This document shows, piece after piece, positions 51,680 to 64,000 of a DNA stretch of 64,000 nt (positions within the stretch are counted from its first letter, which is position 1; each line of letters starts with the position of its first letter). The notes under the pieces were generated by a model, which had not been told where the DNA came from, searched no databases, and saw nothing but the letters and a program-made list of their open reading frames with translations. The DNA comes from Lingula anatina (Eukaryota > Animalia > Brachiopoda): contig CM120645.1 of the NCBI GenBank assembly GCA_051362555.1, positions 7,068,001 through 7,132,000 of the forward strand, written 5' to 3'. Made by a program: the position numbers and the translations under genes.

Positions 51680-53898
51680 CGTGCGTGCGAGAGAGCACGC
51701 ACACGCACTTAATCTTCACGTCATCACATGCTTACCTGTGCCACCTGTCTGTCCTGTTGGACCACCCGGACCCACGCTACCCTGTGGTCCCACTGCCCCC
51801 TGGTCCCCTTTATTGCCCTTGAATCCTGCTTCTCCTTTGGAACCCACGGGGCCGACGTCTCCCTTTTGACCTTTGGAATACAAAATATTGGAGTAAAACG
51901 TGCACAGTTTTTTATTTTTTATTTTACAATAAACAGTAATTTCGGAATTATTTTGTATTACATTAACATGAAAATATTATTAATCAAATTTGGAGTGTAG
52001 TATATATGTGTTATGAAGAAGTGATAGCGGAGGAACCAATAAACACTGTACATATACATACGCCTACAGGGGGCACATGGCTACATTTACTCGTACATAC
52101 CTGGGATACCTATAGGTCCCTGTGCGCCTTGCTCTCCCTTAGGTCCATCGGCTCCAGTGACGCCGGCATTACCAGCTGGACCCCGCAGGCCCATGGCTCC
52201 TTGAGGACCGGGCTCACCCTTGCCACCCTTGCTACCCGCTGAGCCCACTGCCCCAGCTATACCCTGCACACCGCGCTCTCCCTTGGCGCCTGTTGGCCCT
52301 GGGGGTCCTGAAACCGGATAGCATGACATCATCATGGGATCAGCTAATCTTTATACCGCTCGGTGTATAAGGTGTATAAGTGCATGTGAATTATAATGGA
52401 TATACACTATAGATATAGATAAATTGATGTATTGTATGGATATTGGCATGGGTATGGATGCATGTACAGGTTTGCTTAACATCGGCACTAGTTTGGAGAA
52501 TATCTCAGTCACCTGCGTTTCGAGATGATTACACCGTATGTAGTACTTAGAATGATTTATCAGTTTGTTCTGTTTAATTCAATTCATGGCTTGGATTACA
52601 ATTAGAAAAAAAGAGAGAAAAATTATGTAATCATTAATTTTGAAGTATGGATGACAGGGAACAAAATGCACTATGACGAAAAACTCACCTGCGTTTCCTT
52701 GAACTCCCTGCAATCCGGTCTGTCCACTGGCGCCTGTCTGGCCAGCTGGTCCGGTCTGGCCGAATCCGGTGGGTCCTTGAGGGCCCGTTGCACCTTCGGG
52801 ACCGGCTGGACCTTGGTTACCAGTTTGACCTTTTGAAAATGAAACAGCAATATTGTTATGAAGAAGTTGATGATCTTAATGAAGATTATAGAACAGACAA
52901 ACCTACATCAAAATATATTGGTTTCTTTAGAAATAGAAAAGGGATATTTTTTCAATGTCGGTAACGAGGAATGACCGTCACAATATATTAAACTTGAAAG
53001 GCCTTTCTACCTGCGGGAAACCATACCTTGTGGTCCGGGGTTTCCTTGCTCTCCCTTGTTCCCCGTGGCTCCAACTGGTCCTTGAGCTCCTGCAGGTCCC
53101 ACAAGACCCTGCTCACCCTTCTGACCAACCTCTCCTTTCTGGCCTGGACTGCCTGTTGCACCCTGCGGCCCGGCCGGTCCGGCGACACCCTGAACACCCG
53201 CGGGTCCTGAGAAGATTGATAGAATAGTTCTCATTATTAGTTTACTAATACATGCTGTATAGATGGTATGTGCCTTGAATTACCTGTATATGTCGTGCTT
53301 TAAAAGTCAAGGAGATGTGAAAGCATTAGTACATGTGTGGTATATGATGTCATAAAATATGATTAATTTTGCGACAATTTAGTGAAACATGTTAATTTTC
53401 TTTAAAATATCTTTTTGGACAAGAAGTGGCATTTAAGTTCTATGGTGATCATGGTCTCTGTGTAGTTGACATTAATGACACGTCATGTAACGTCATATCA
53501 GTTGTGTCGCTGCCCCGGCTTGCCTGGTGACACCCTTGGTACTAAATCCTGTCAAGTGTATTAGGCAAGTGCGTCCACGGCAACAGAGAGACTGAGTTAC
53601 GCCTCAGTGCTGTAGTTCAAACATCGTGAAAACGCCCACCAAAAGAGATCTCCAGGTAAAACTTGTAATTACCTTTTGAGAACAACTAATATTAATTTCA
53701 AAGGTCAGGGGAGCTTAGTTTCGTAAATATTTGTCCGAGTCTAAAATAGATCACTTCAAAAACTTGTTTGGATGGTCAATAAGATATAGAGAGTCATCGA
53801 GAAAAGTCGAACACAATTTTAAAAATAGATTGAAATGCATCTCCAGGATGTCTTGAAAGACTTTGCAACATGGATTTGGTCATTTTTAAAATGTATAA

Positions 53899-53957
<59 letters not shown>

Positions 53958-56900
53958 AAACGAACAAATGAATCAATACCTACATAAATGAAAAAATACC
54001 CAAAGGAATGAAAGGCTAAACAGATATATATAGATAAATAAAACACGAAACAATCAAATAAATGATTTAAAACACTAAATTACTGTAAACAATTCCACCG
54101 TGTATTTGCATACCTTGAAGACCTTGGGGTCCCATGGGTCCTGCCACCCCAGCACTACCCTGACTCCCCTTCTCTCCCTGGGCTCCCTTCTGTCCCTGCA
54201 ACCCGGGCAATCCCTGGGGACCCACGGGTCCTGCTGCCCCCATAGGTCCGTTGCCGCCTTTAAAGTATGAAGAAATATATAAAAGTGTATATATTAATGG
54301 TTAGTATCTATTTTGTTATTGCATAGGTATTTAGAGGTTCTGATTATGATCAAGCGTGCCTGAATATATCCTGACATTGTGAATATCTTAAATAGACTTT
54401 GATATTTCAGATCAGTATGTTTCTGTGAATTATGTAGAGCATTTTGTCACAAATATAATATAGAACGCAAAATTAACCACTTTCAATCTGTTTACAAACT
54501 TAAATATTAATATGTATAAAGAAAATGTAAAGCTGGCACAATTTACCATATAATTGCTAAAACACCTAAGTTAGTTCATAGCAATACGCACCTTGAAGTC
54601 CGGTCGGTCCCGGGGGTCCACCTGGACCTGCTGGTCCCTGGGGTCCTGTGGGTCCAGGCACGTTGACCACCTGAACACCGGGATTTACTAGAATAATAGT
54701 ACAATATTTTACAATTATGACCAAACTGTCCGTAGTTAAAGAACAAGCCAATGTTTTATCAAAATGGGCAGTGTTATGCACAGAATAGTATTATCTAGCA
54801 TTGACTATAGGCCCAAGAAGGGAATGTGTAATGCCTCTCCTCGCTTGCTCAACGGCTTAAGGTTAAGATCTTTATTTTTACACAACAATGCGTCACAAAT
54901 GATTGCAAAGAGATGTAGGCCCATGTTGCAAATTACTGGACGGTATAGCCCCAATGATGATGCACGCCTGATTTAATCCATAAGGTCGTACGTAAACCTC
55001 CGCCCACCCTACCGCCGCCGGATTCCAAGGCGGAACTGTACAGGATGAACAAATACACAAAATAAAGAACAATGTTTGTGTAGGTTAAAGAATGAATAAA
55101 GAATGTACACATTCCGATTTTAAAGACCTTCTAAAGAGCGCTTTTTTAGCCTTGGGATAATTGCAATGTGATATTGTAAATACAAGCCAGAGAGCAAAAA
55201 ATTCGTACAATCGATGCATTTAAATTCTAAAATTAAACACTAAATTCGAACACGAGAAACTTTGGTGATATTTAATATTTGTACTCCGTATACTTACCTT
55301 GTGCGGTGATACAGAGGCCTTTTCCTTTGTAACATTCGATGTTGGCTCTCCCACCACCTGTTGCATTATTGGATAGAACTACAACGACTGAAAAACATAA
55401 AATTATAGAACATTTTGCCACGTGTATGTAAATAAATTAAGGATAATCTTCTTTGGACAGGGAAGAAATTCTCCAAATATTTTTTGACTCCTTAATCGTA
55501 ATTTACACAGGTACATGTATGTATGTTATTTATTTAGAAATTCTACCAGACTGCAGAAAAGGACATTCAATTATTGCGACAACTGAAACAATTCTTTACA
55601 GATACATTTGTATATGTATATCGTTCGAGACCGGGAATATTCACGAAAATGGTAGGATAACACCTGTTGCACAGGGTATGATAAAAAAAGTATACTATTG
55701 TTGCCGTGCTCTTACGAAGACCCATTCCAAAAATGTATTCACACACGCTTCATTTCAAATGAATTTACTCGAACTAAGGTAAACACATTTTCCTATTCAC
55801 CGGAGCCCTAGATATGAAAAAAAGGATACAACACCAGGGGAACTTGGTATAACCATACATTGTATAACATTGTGTTTAATATTAGAACAGAGCTGTGAAC
55901 AAATATGAGGGATCTTGACCTAATGAGTACAGAAACACATTTGTGAAAATTGATACAGTATACATTTTTTTTCACCTTTTTATCTTTATTCGTATAAAAA
56001 GAGCAAAAACTTATGAGCAACAAGGCAATCCAAATACTTAAATCCACTCTGAGTCAACGACTACAAATGTTAACCCACTTTAAAAATGTATTTCTTATAG
56101 CTCCTTATTTAGTCTTATGTAATTTTACCGATGTCATTTTTTAACTTTAATAACCAGCCTGTTACTGTGAACCCATAGATGTATTAACTGTAAGATCAGA
56201 TTTATTGTAATTTTTGCCGGGAATGTTTGTAGACAAACCGATCAAACACAACGGTGTGACCTCGGAAATAACTTTTTCGGAGACTTTCAAAAATGCTTCG
56301 AAGGAAAACTAGCACCTATTGAAAGGCATGTTACTTAACAGATCAGGACTTCTGTAAACGACTACCTTTTGAATTTGCTACGAATGGCGTTATTACATCG
56401 ATAATGTCATGCCTCGGCGCCTTTTCGTTGTGTATATCCCCAGCATAAACAAAGATATCGAACCCATGTTTTGTTTCAATGGGATGTTGACAATGGTCAA
56501 ACATTTTCAACAAAAATGGACTCGATGACCGGAGGCAAAAGTAAATTTTAAAAGTAAATCCCGCCCTTTTAAAATTAACTTGTCGCGTTCATCTGATCTT
56601 ATCCGGTGTCACTTTGAGGTTTTAAACTCTCTTTCAAAACTCAAAGAACGACTTCATCCTTTCTATTTTCTTACGTTGTATTTGTTGCAAAAAAAAAAAA
56701 AGGAATATATAGCAACCAAGCCTGTATATATTTTTACCAACTGATAGAATATTAGTAAAATGCATGGCTGTTATTAAAAAACAGACCAGCTTATTTCACA
56801 GCACATGTACTCGTAAAAGGTATAGCAACACCCCTCCTGACAGTCAGCTGCACGAGGACCCCTGCCTGGCTATATCAGTACTACCGACGCTGGATACGTC

Positions 56901-58451
56901 TCGCACATAGACCAGAATACATGAATTAACAAGTACCGGTGAATCTTACACCTAGTATAAATCTTCTCCATAATTCAATCACCCTGAAATTTATCCCTCT
57001 GATATGGACATTCGATCACTATAATCCGCAGTTTTCTTTTGACCTGGGACGAAGACGCTTAAACCTGTTGAGGTTAGAGTTAGCCTTCGAGAAAACAAAC
57101 TGAAGTTGTATGCTAAGAAAATTTAATTGATATTTATTTGCATGTTAAACATCTGATCCGCTGAATTGATTTAGCGCGCCGCTTATTCTGAAGATGTAGA
57201 GTTTTTAAAGAGCTATCTCTTGATGATTTTCTATCTTCTTCAAGGCATGGGCACTTTATAATTGTTACTACAGTATCCTCTATGCCTCACTGTGCTGAAA
57301 AATCCCTCTTTACAACCTATAATTTGGCCAATCTTCCATGCTAAAGGTTTTGTTGAGTATGGCCGTGTCAGGTATCTTTTACAATGGAGTCATTGAGAGA
57401 AAATACATGGCTATCATAAACATGACAGAATTTGAAACTTACGCATTCTTTGCGACCAAGGTGTAACAACATAGGCACATAATATATGTTATAGTATAGT
57501 GGGAATAAGTCTACGGTCTTTTATATGCTATCCTAAGTTTTTATGTGCGATAGCAATTTCTGAAAAAATCACTCATTAATTCATTCATTCATTCATTCGT
57601 CAACAAAAATAGTATCGTCCGATAAACGAATAGATTTCCCTTGAAGATGTCAACAGTTAAAGTTACTGTTATAAGGCAGGGACGTTCAAATGTTCATACT
57701 TTCTCCATGCACACATGTACTAGTACGGCAACAGCATGCCCCCGATATATAGTGATGTTATGAATGATTATAAGTGATGATACTACTAAGATCGAGGCCC
57801 TCATGTGGGGACAAGTATGTATGCGGGTGAATGTGCGAGTGATATTGGTATTAACGAGGGTAAATCATGCGGTGTTTTTAATATAATACATCAAATGTTT
57901 TTTATCTGTATTTAGGAAAATCAGTTGCTTATGTGTGGTCAATTTAATTATTTATTGACATAACAATATACTATCAGAGACACGGTTATATTGCATGTAA
58001 GTATATAGAGTGATACTACTCTGCTAGTTAAGCTGTTGTATTACTATATTAATTGTTGGAGTATTCATGACTGTATGTTATGTTATCATGTCAATAAAAA
58101 AATCGTCGCCCTCGAGTAATCATTGTGCGGGGTTTTTTTTATTATTATATTATCAATTCGTGGCTAATTGCTGCTGTTATCCTTTACAACACAGCGACAC
58201 AATAACGATTCATTGTATAACTATCAAAACACTGTCGACAAAGAAAATCCCCTCCACACAATATATATCAGTGTAATACTTGAGTTTGGCAAATAGATCA
58301 ATATTATATTTTAAAATAAGGAATGTTACAAATTATTGTCAATATGCTATTTACGGAGTGCAAGGATGACAAAAAGACTTAACGACTCACCTCCTTCAAG
58401 CAGTAACACCGCCAATACCAGAAAGGGTGTGGCCCCGTTGCGACCGGCCAT
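42507..58451 (-). CDS. Type I transmembrane collagen with C-terminal EGF modules, ~1178 aa, 22 exons
   Basis: N-terminal exons 58451-58391 and 55387-55298. Gly-X-Y exons 54687-54592, 54257-54114, 53206-53027, 52829-52689, 52307-52101, 51870-51736, 51517-51311, 50967-50593, 50165-50031, 49580-49446, 49203-48997, 46673-46299, 45882-45748, 45302-45231, 44735-44535. EGF-like exons 44172-44047, 43724-43626, 43484-43362, 43062-42949. TM exon 42685-42507. All introns are phase 1 GT-AG and the frame stays open (3537 nt). Confidence 0.85.
46714..48372 (-). mobile_element. Second defective Tc1-family (DD34E) transposon, in a collagen intron
   Basis: 27-bp TIRs CAGGGTTACTACTTAATATGGAATATT / AATATTCCATATTAAGTAGTAACCCTG with TA on both flanks. 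Transposase remnants from ATG 48053 to TGA 47033: [28 protein letters not shown]...[18 protein letters not shown]; multiple stops and frameshifts. Confidence 0.95.
51619..51690. repeat. (CT)n(GT)n microsatellite
   Basis: Directly visible in a collagen intron. Confidence 0.95.
53896..53958. repeat. (AATA)n microsatellite
   Basis: Directly visible. Confidence 0.95.
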
Positions 58452-60176
58452 TTTTAAAGAGACGATGCCGCCTGATTTGCGTGTCTTAAGGTAACCAGAT
58501 ATAGCTGTCGTAGTCTGCGTGTTCCTGCCAACAGCTTAAATCAAAATAGAACGCAGGTATTTTTAAAGGATACCTTTATTTGAAAAACTTGATATTGCGT
58601 GTTCAGTGAATAAAACCTACGAGGCGTATATTACGTAATGACCCCATTTTGTGAATAAACTATGCATTAAACTGACATTTGATATTATGCCACGATAGAG
58701 TCAAACATAAACTGTCAATTTTTAAAAAAAGCACACATTTTTGCTTTCATAAAAATACAAGTGACCCGTACGCTAACACCCGTAAGATTACTCTTTCCCA
58801 ATACCATTAAACACCACCCTGAGCAGAGTTCTAATTCAAATACTTAACTGTCAAGTTTATTATTATGAGTATTCACTAATAAATTCCACTATGAAAAGAT
58901 ACTATTAAATAACTGAAGTGTATATACAGTCTTACCGTGCTCTATCCGATTATAAATGCGGTCCTCGGGTTGACGCCCTTTCGATGCGGCCTTAGCTTTG
59001 GGACGCTCTAAGAGAGAGTGGGTTAAGACAGCCTCCCCTTTTCCATGCACAAACAAACAGGGCCAATACGATAACAAAACACGCGTATGCATGCCATTGC
59101 GTGGACTTATTTCTTACTTTCTCAAGGGGTCCCATTGTTATGTGATCACTGAGTCGATCCGTATGATTGCATTGTAGATTTAAAGGTAAAGGTTTCGATG
59201 CTTTGTAAGCTGAACTCTTACGCGATGAACAGTGACCAGGGCAACTTTGTCAAAGAGCAGGATCAGCGTTGAGCAAGAAGACATGTACAGTGCTGAATGA
59301 TATCTTCATATGTTTAAAAGGGGCACAAAGGCACCGACTTTCGGAATACTACTAAGCCATTCCCTGAAGTCACCCAAGATTGAATAATAAAACATTTAAT
59401 TAACTTTATAATTTTGCTTCTGTCTAACAAAGTACTGCTAGCCTCGACGCACTGATAACAAATTCAATTAGTACGATTGATGTAGAACGCTTAATTGGTA
59501 GGATTCATTTGCACAAGAATGAATCCAATTAAATCTTCAAGATCATTGAGGTACCAGCACAGTATGCCATTATAATTATTGTGTAGCTGTTATATTTCAT
59601 TTGTAACAAACGCAACTTTTCACAAGTAACAACTGGTACATTTTACTGTAAAATGTGTTTATCTTTAATTGGTTTTAAAGCTCCTAGAGCCCAGCACATA
59701 CCCTGTGTTTGAGGTCAAACATATATATTTTATTTTATTTCAACTCTCTCCTCAATGAAGATGAAGCACTTGCCTTAAAGCTTTTAATGGTTATAAAGAA
59801 AAACAAAGATGATAATTAGTTATAGCGTTTTTAAGCGATAAGAATATACCTTTTTTGAAACCTGAATTTTAAGGTCCTCATGGGGAGTTCACTATATGTC
59901 AGTGTACGGACATACAGAAGTACAGGCAGAATAGAGCACAGTGTAGTCAATATCCCCAGGTGTGATATTCTACATTGTTATTGAGCGTGTGAAGCGCGCT
60001 GTTGAAGTATTAGTTGAAGTATTAGTTCAGGCAGCGCTGTGGGTTTTTACATTGTTGGCTTTCGTTCTCTCTTTAGGTCACTGTTTATTGTTTTGCGACT
60101 CAAAAGGGTTGATTTCACAAAGACAGTTATACTGTACCATTTAACGTCTCATCCGCGAAAAAGATACGGGATATGA

Positions 60177-60392
60177 TCTCTCATCTCCTCTCTCACTCGC
60201 TTTTTTCTCCCGTCATCTCTCTCTCTCTCTCTCCCTCTCTCCCTCTCTCCCTCCCACTTTCTCTCCCCCCCCTCTAGCTCTCTCTCTCTCGCTTTCTCTC
60301 ATTCTCTCTCCTTTGCCCTATTTCTTTCTTTCTCTCTTTCTCTCCTACTCTTTCCTCTCCCCTTCTCTCTCTTAATTTTTCCCTACTTTTTC
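60177..60392. repeat. Polypyrimidine (CT-rich) low-complexity tract
   Basis: About 200 bp of almost pure C/T on the + strand. Confidence 0.9.
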
Positions 60393-62597
60393 GCTATGGG
60401 AGGCGCTTAATTACTTTTCAATACATGCAAAATAAAGCATTAATGATTAATTAACAGATGCCAAGGGGTATATTTCAAATGTAATCCTTGAATAGCACAC
60501 AAAAGCCATTCACGGACATTAAACAAGCATATTTAAAGAGTGGTCTTAACAAAACAGAAACGCCAAGCGTTCCTTTGCCGCATGTTTTCCTCGGTAAACA
60601 CTCATTTGTGAATGGGTGAGATTTTGTTACGGCTCGACGCCGCCTTTATATCAAGTAGGGTCATTGAATAAGAAACACGGGAGGGGGATAAAGCGGAAGA
60701 CATTATGCAACGAGACTGGACAATGAATATGTATAATGAAGTATCGTTAACAATACGTGTTATTTTTAATGGGCGTTGCCACACGTGGTAAAGGATTATT
60801 GATTTGGGAATCGGGGCTATTTGTAGCTTAAGACTTTTTTCTTCTCTTTCCAATATAAATGCCGTAGATATCGATCCACATTGTTATGATATTGTCCCTT
60901 GCTTTTTAAATTTAAGGGTAATTGTACATGTACAATCTAGAATTGTTAAAGAGGCCCAGACCCGAAATTTCGTAAAACTTGAAGTTCCTATGTGACAAAC
61001 CATCCTTTAAACATTATACCTCATATTCTCTGTCGTTATCATGAACAAAATACATGGATAAATGAATATATAAATAAACGAACGGATAAGTAGGTATGGG
61101 GGGGGGGGCGATGGGCGGATGGACAGACGGATAAAAAGACGGATGGATGGACTCATGGACGAATAAATGGGTTTGATTTGTAGGGGCAATGTTGTATCAG
61201 CTTGATATACCAGTTCCTGAATATTTTAAACAAAACTCTATACCGAATCCACTATCTTAAGGCCAACGGACAGCGTACAACGCCAACCGTGGAAATGAGT
61301 CAAGTGTCCATTTCCTTTAAAACTGCTTCGCCCACGCCTAGTCCAAAACACGCCAGTTATGTCCATAGCCAATATTAAGTCAATATATGTGTCTCCGCAG
61401 GGTTAAGGTTACACGCATGCTTGCTTATTATATAAACACTACGCTATGTGTGTGAGAGAGAGGTGTATACGGGCGTGTACAGCAAAGATCGACCACAAGG
61501 GTAGGGTGGTGCACGGCGTTTGTTATCCAGATGACCGTCAACCGCGAAATCATGAGACCCCTAGGTGGTGTCCGAGGGTTGTGGTCTAAGTACGCCGTCC
61601 AACGGTCAAACGTGGTTGGTTTTGTGTCTGCGCATGGGCGTGGTACCTGCATCATGGTGAAAAGTCGTTTTCTATGTAGTTTGTCATCGTTTTTATTATT
61701 CTTCTGATGATCACATTTCTGTAGTGAAGGGACGATAAGCACTGCATGATAATGTTAGTAATTTTGATTAAACATGATTTTTCAATTCTCTCGACCACTA
61801 ATATACACGCACTTTGCATATACACTGTACTTGTTTATTCTTCAATGCGACCAAATTACCGTTGATACATGTATTTTTTATTTAAATGACACTAAATTTC
61901 ATATTTACAAAAATGCTATGACTTTTATACAAATATATATCTTTGAAATATCTGATATATATCTGATGTACATCACTTATCATGTATAACTGAGTCCCTA
62001 ACAACGGGGTCTTAAACTCCATGTCGACGTATTTTCACTTCACTCGTTAATGATCAAATCTGCAAATCGGTACTCACCCGTTTCCCTGCCTTTTCCTAAA
62101 ATACTTATATGGACTGCAATTGCGATTTTTCTTGATCCGATTATTTCTTTTTATATTTGTAAATAGGTATTTACCTACCAAAGAAGGATGAGTGTTTTTA
62201 TATACTGTAAACAAAATCACTTCTCTGGCCATAAATTCGCATTTTTAAGCTGTTTGATAATAATTCTCCAAATAACTAAGCATATATAACTAGATGAACA
62301 TGTTTTTTATATCAAAGCTTGACCAGGAGGATCACAATTCTTTCCCTCTTATCTCTGTAACAAATCCTGTGTCCCTTTTCATCACCACTCAAAATTCTAT
62401 ACAGCTTACAAAATAACTTCCAAAAAGACTGCTAATTCTAATCCGGATGGAACATTACGGCTATGACTAAGTCCGGACGATCTACGCTTGCACTACAAAT
62501 GAGATAAATAAGACAAAAAGACTCTTCAGGCTTTCGCAGGACCTGCCATCTTTGTCGAACTGTTGGCAGGGATATCACCAATATTCTATCCGGCGGA

Positions 62598-62827
62598 TCA
62601 CTTGGATCCGTTTGAATTTCTCTGTCTCACACAAATGGCGAAGCTGCCCAGAAGGTTTACGATCAATGCCCCAGTGATGACAGCGGTCCATATGGTCAAC
62701 ACGTCGAACTGGGCGGTGGTGACCACACCTGTGAATAGAATAGAAATAAATAAATATATTAATTAATTAATTAATTAATTAATTAATTAACACACAAAAT
62801 AACTACTCTGACTGCAAATGTGTACTT

Positions 62828-62868
<41 letters not shown>

Positions 62869-63948
62869 TATAATAATAATATACCTAAAAACAAATAACC
62901 AAAAAATTATTGTCTACTTCTCGGGTCACGTTTATAAATGCAACTACAGTATATATGGCACATGTCATAAATTGTCAATGCTTCTAAGAAATACTTTTAA
63001 AAAGTCTTAAGAAATAATACTAAAAAGTACAGTACAGGTACATGTTTAATGACTGAAACAGTCACAACGTAACTGTAGGGATGTAGCGTTTCTGTCATCG
63101 CCTTGAATATACTTTGAGATAGCAGATTTTTTGCCTGGAAGGAACGTTCATATGACATGATTCTTGCAAACTGTCAATGTAATACGCACCAGCTTCGTCA
63201 ATGCCTGTCTGCCTGTCAGCTATTGCGGTCGTTTGGAAACACCTGTAGCTTCCGTACGAGTTGATACAGGCGGTTCCAGATGGACACAACTTGGCCGCTG
63301 CAGTGGCGTTTGCACACTCATCGACATCTAGGAGAAATTAAAAAAGGGAAAGAAATAGAAATGCGGGTCGCAGTGACTTTATATCCAGAGCCGCACCTAC
63401 CAGGCGCACTGATAATTTAAACATGTATATTAATATTTAAAATTGCTTTTGGCCGCTCAAAGCTTATCAAAGCCAATTTTCAATAGCTTACTGCACATCC
63501 ATGTGGCCCTCTCTGAACTGCGTTAACCCTGGAAGGCACTTACCCACACACGTGTGCATGTCTGGTGCAAGACGAAACCCTGGTTGACATGAACAGAAGT
63601 AACTTCCGCCTGTGTCCGTGCACCTGTGCTGGCAGCCGCCGTTTCCGGTTGTACATCCAACAATATCTGAAACGAGTCGGATGTCGTTTATAAAAATATC
63701 AATAATAAATCAGACTGAGAATTGAGAATTTATATGTATCTTGACCACATTGTTTTATCGGCTGTATCAAAATTATGTTTGAGGAAAGCTAAAAGTTTAT
63801 GCATGATAAACTTTATGGCGTGAGCACTATTTACCAATGCTACGCCGCCGTCTTCCAGCAGGTGTCCCAATGCAGCGATAGCTTCCATACGTATTGAGAC
63901 ACGTTTGTCCAGCAGAGCACGGACTTGAAGTAGCACATTCGTCCTCGT
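62598..63948 (-). CDS. 3' end of a paralogous EGF-TM gene (probably a second membrane collagen); 5' part lies beyond the right edge
   Basis: Phase-1 exons 63948-63835 ([11 protein letters not shown]...GRRRRSI), 63666-63544 ([24 protein letters not shown]), 63327-63190 (DVDECAN...[10 protein letters not shown]) and 62728-62598 (TM: [29 protein letters not shown], similar to [29 protein letters not shown]). No collagen exons are visible in the window. Confidence 0.82.
62757..62882. repeat. (TAAT)n and (AAT)n microsatellites
   Basis: Directly visible in the last intron of the paralogue. Confidence 0.95.
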
Positions 63949-64000
63949 CTGTAATGAAAAATGTATGTTGATGGTACATAGGATTATTCTTTTTAAAGAA

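Noticed and set aside
44437-54781. Many overlapping Pro/Arg/Trp-rich ORFs on both strands
   Set aside because: Alternative-frame and antisense readings of GC-rich Gly-X-Y exons.
58936-59090. Possible upstream non-coding exon of the collagen gene (minus-strand GTAAGA donor near 58936)
   Set aside because: Only a donor-like motif; no independent support without transcript data.
1-64000. tRNA, rRNA or snRNA genes
   Set aside because: None recognised by eye; a tRNAscan-SE or Infernal search would be needed to exclude them.

Overview
AT-rich, intron-containing eukaryotic genomic DNA, probably from a lophotrochozoan such as a mollusc (inferred from gene content and style, not proven). I reconstructed spliced gene models by hand from GT-AG sites and reading-frame continuity. 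Left to right: the 5' end of cereblon (CRBN, -), head-to-head with DNAJB9/ERdj4 (+); a non-canonical Delta/DSL-type membrane protein (-); an ATP23 homologue whose HExxH zinc motif reads RELIV (+); a 2-exon secreted prepropeptide with repeated DLxR[VIL]-KR units (+); a ~905-aa ankyrin-repeat protein (+); two tandem rolling stone/AIG1-ADTRP-family paralogues (-); a 22-exon type I transmembrane collagen (signal peptide, ~900-residue Gly-X-Y, EGF modules, RRRR furin site, TM; -); and the 3' end of a related EGF-TM gene (-) that shares a 96%-identical exon with it. Mobile DNA includes two decayed DD34E Tc1 elements (one nested in an AcademX-like remnant, with its own MITE 2.4 kb away), another MITE, two foldback hairpins and a 290-bp tandem duplication that copies half an exon. 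The strongest candidates for new biology are the sheddable type I membrane collagen cluster, the apparently zinc-dead ATP23 and the LxRx-type propeptide. No database searches were possible, so novelty is unverified.
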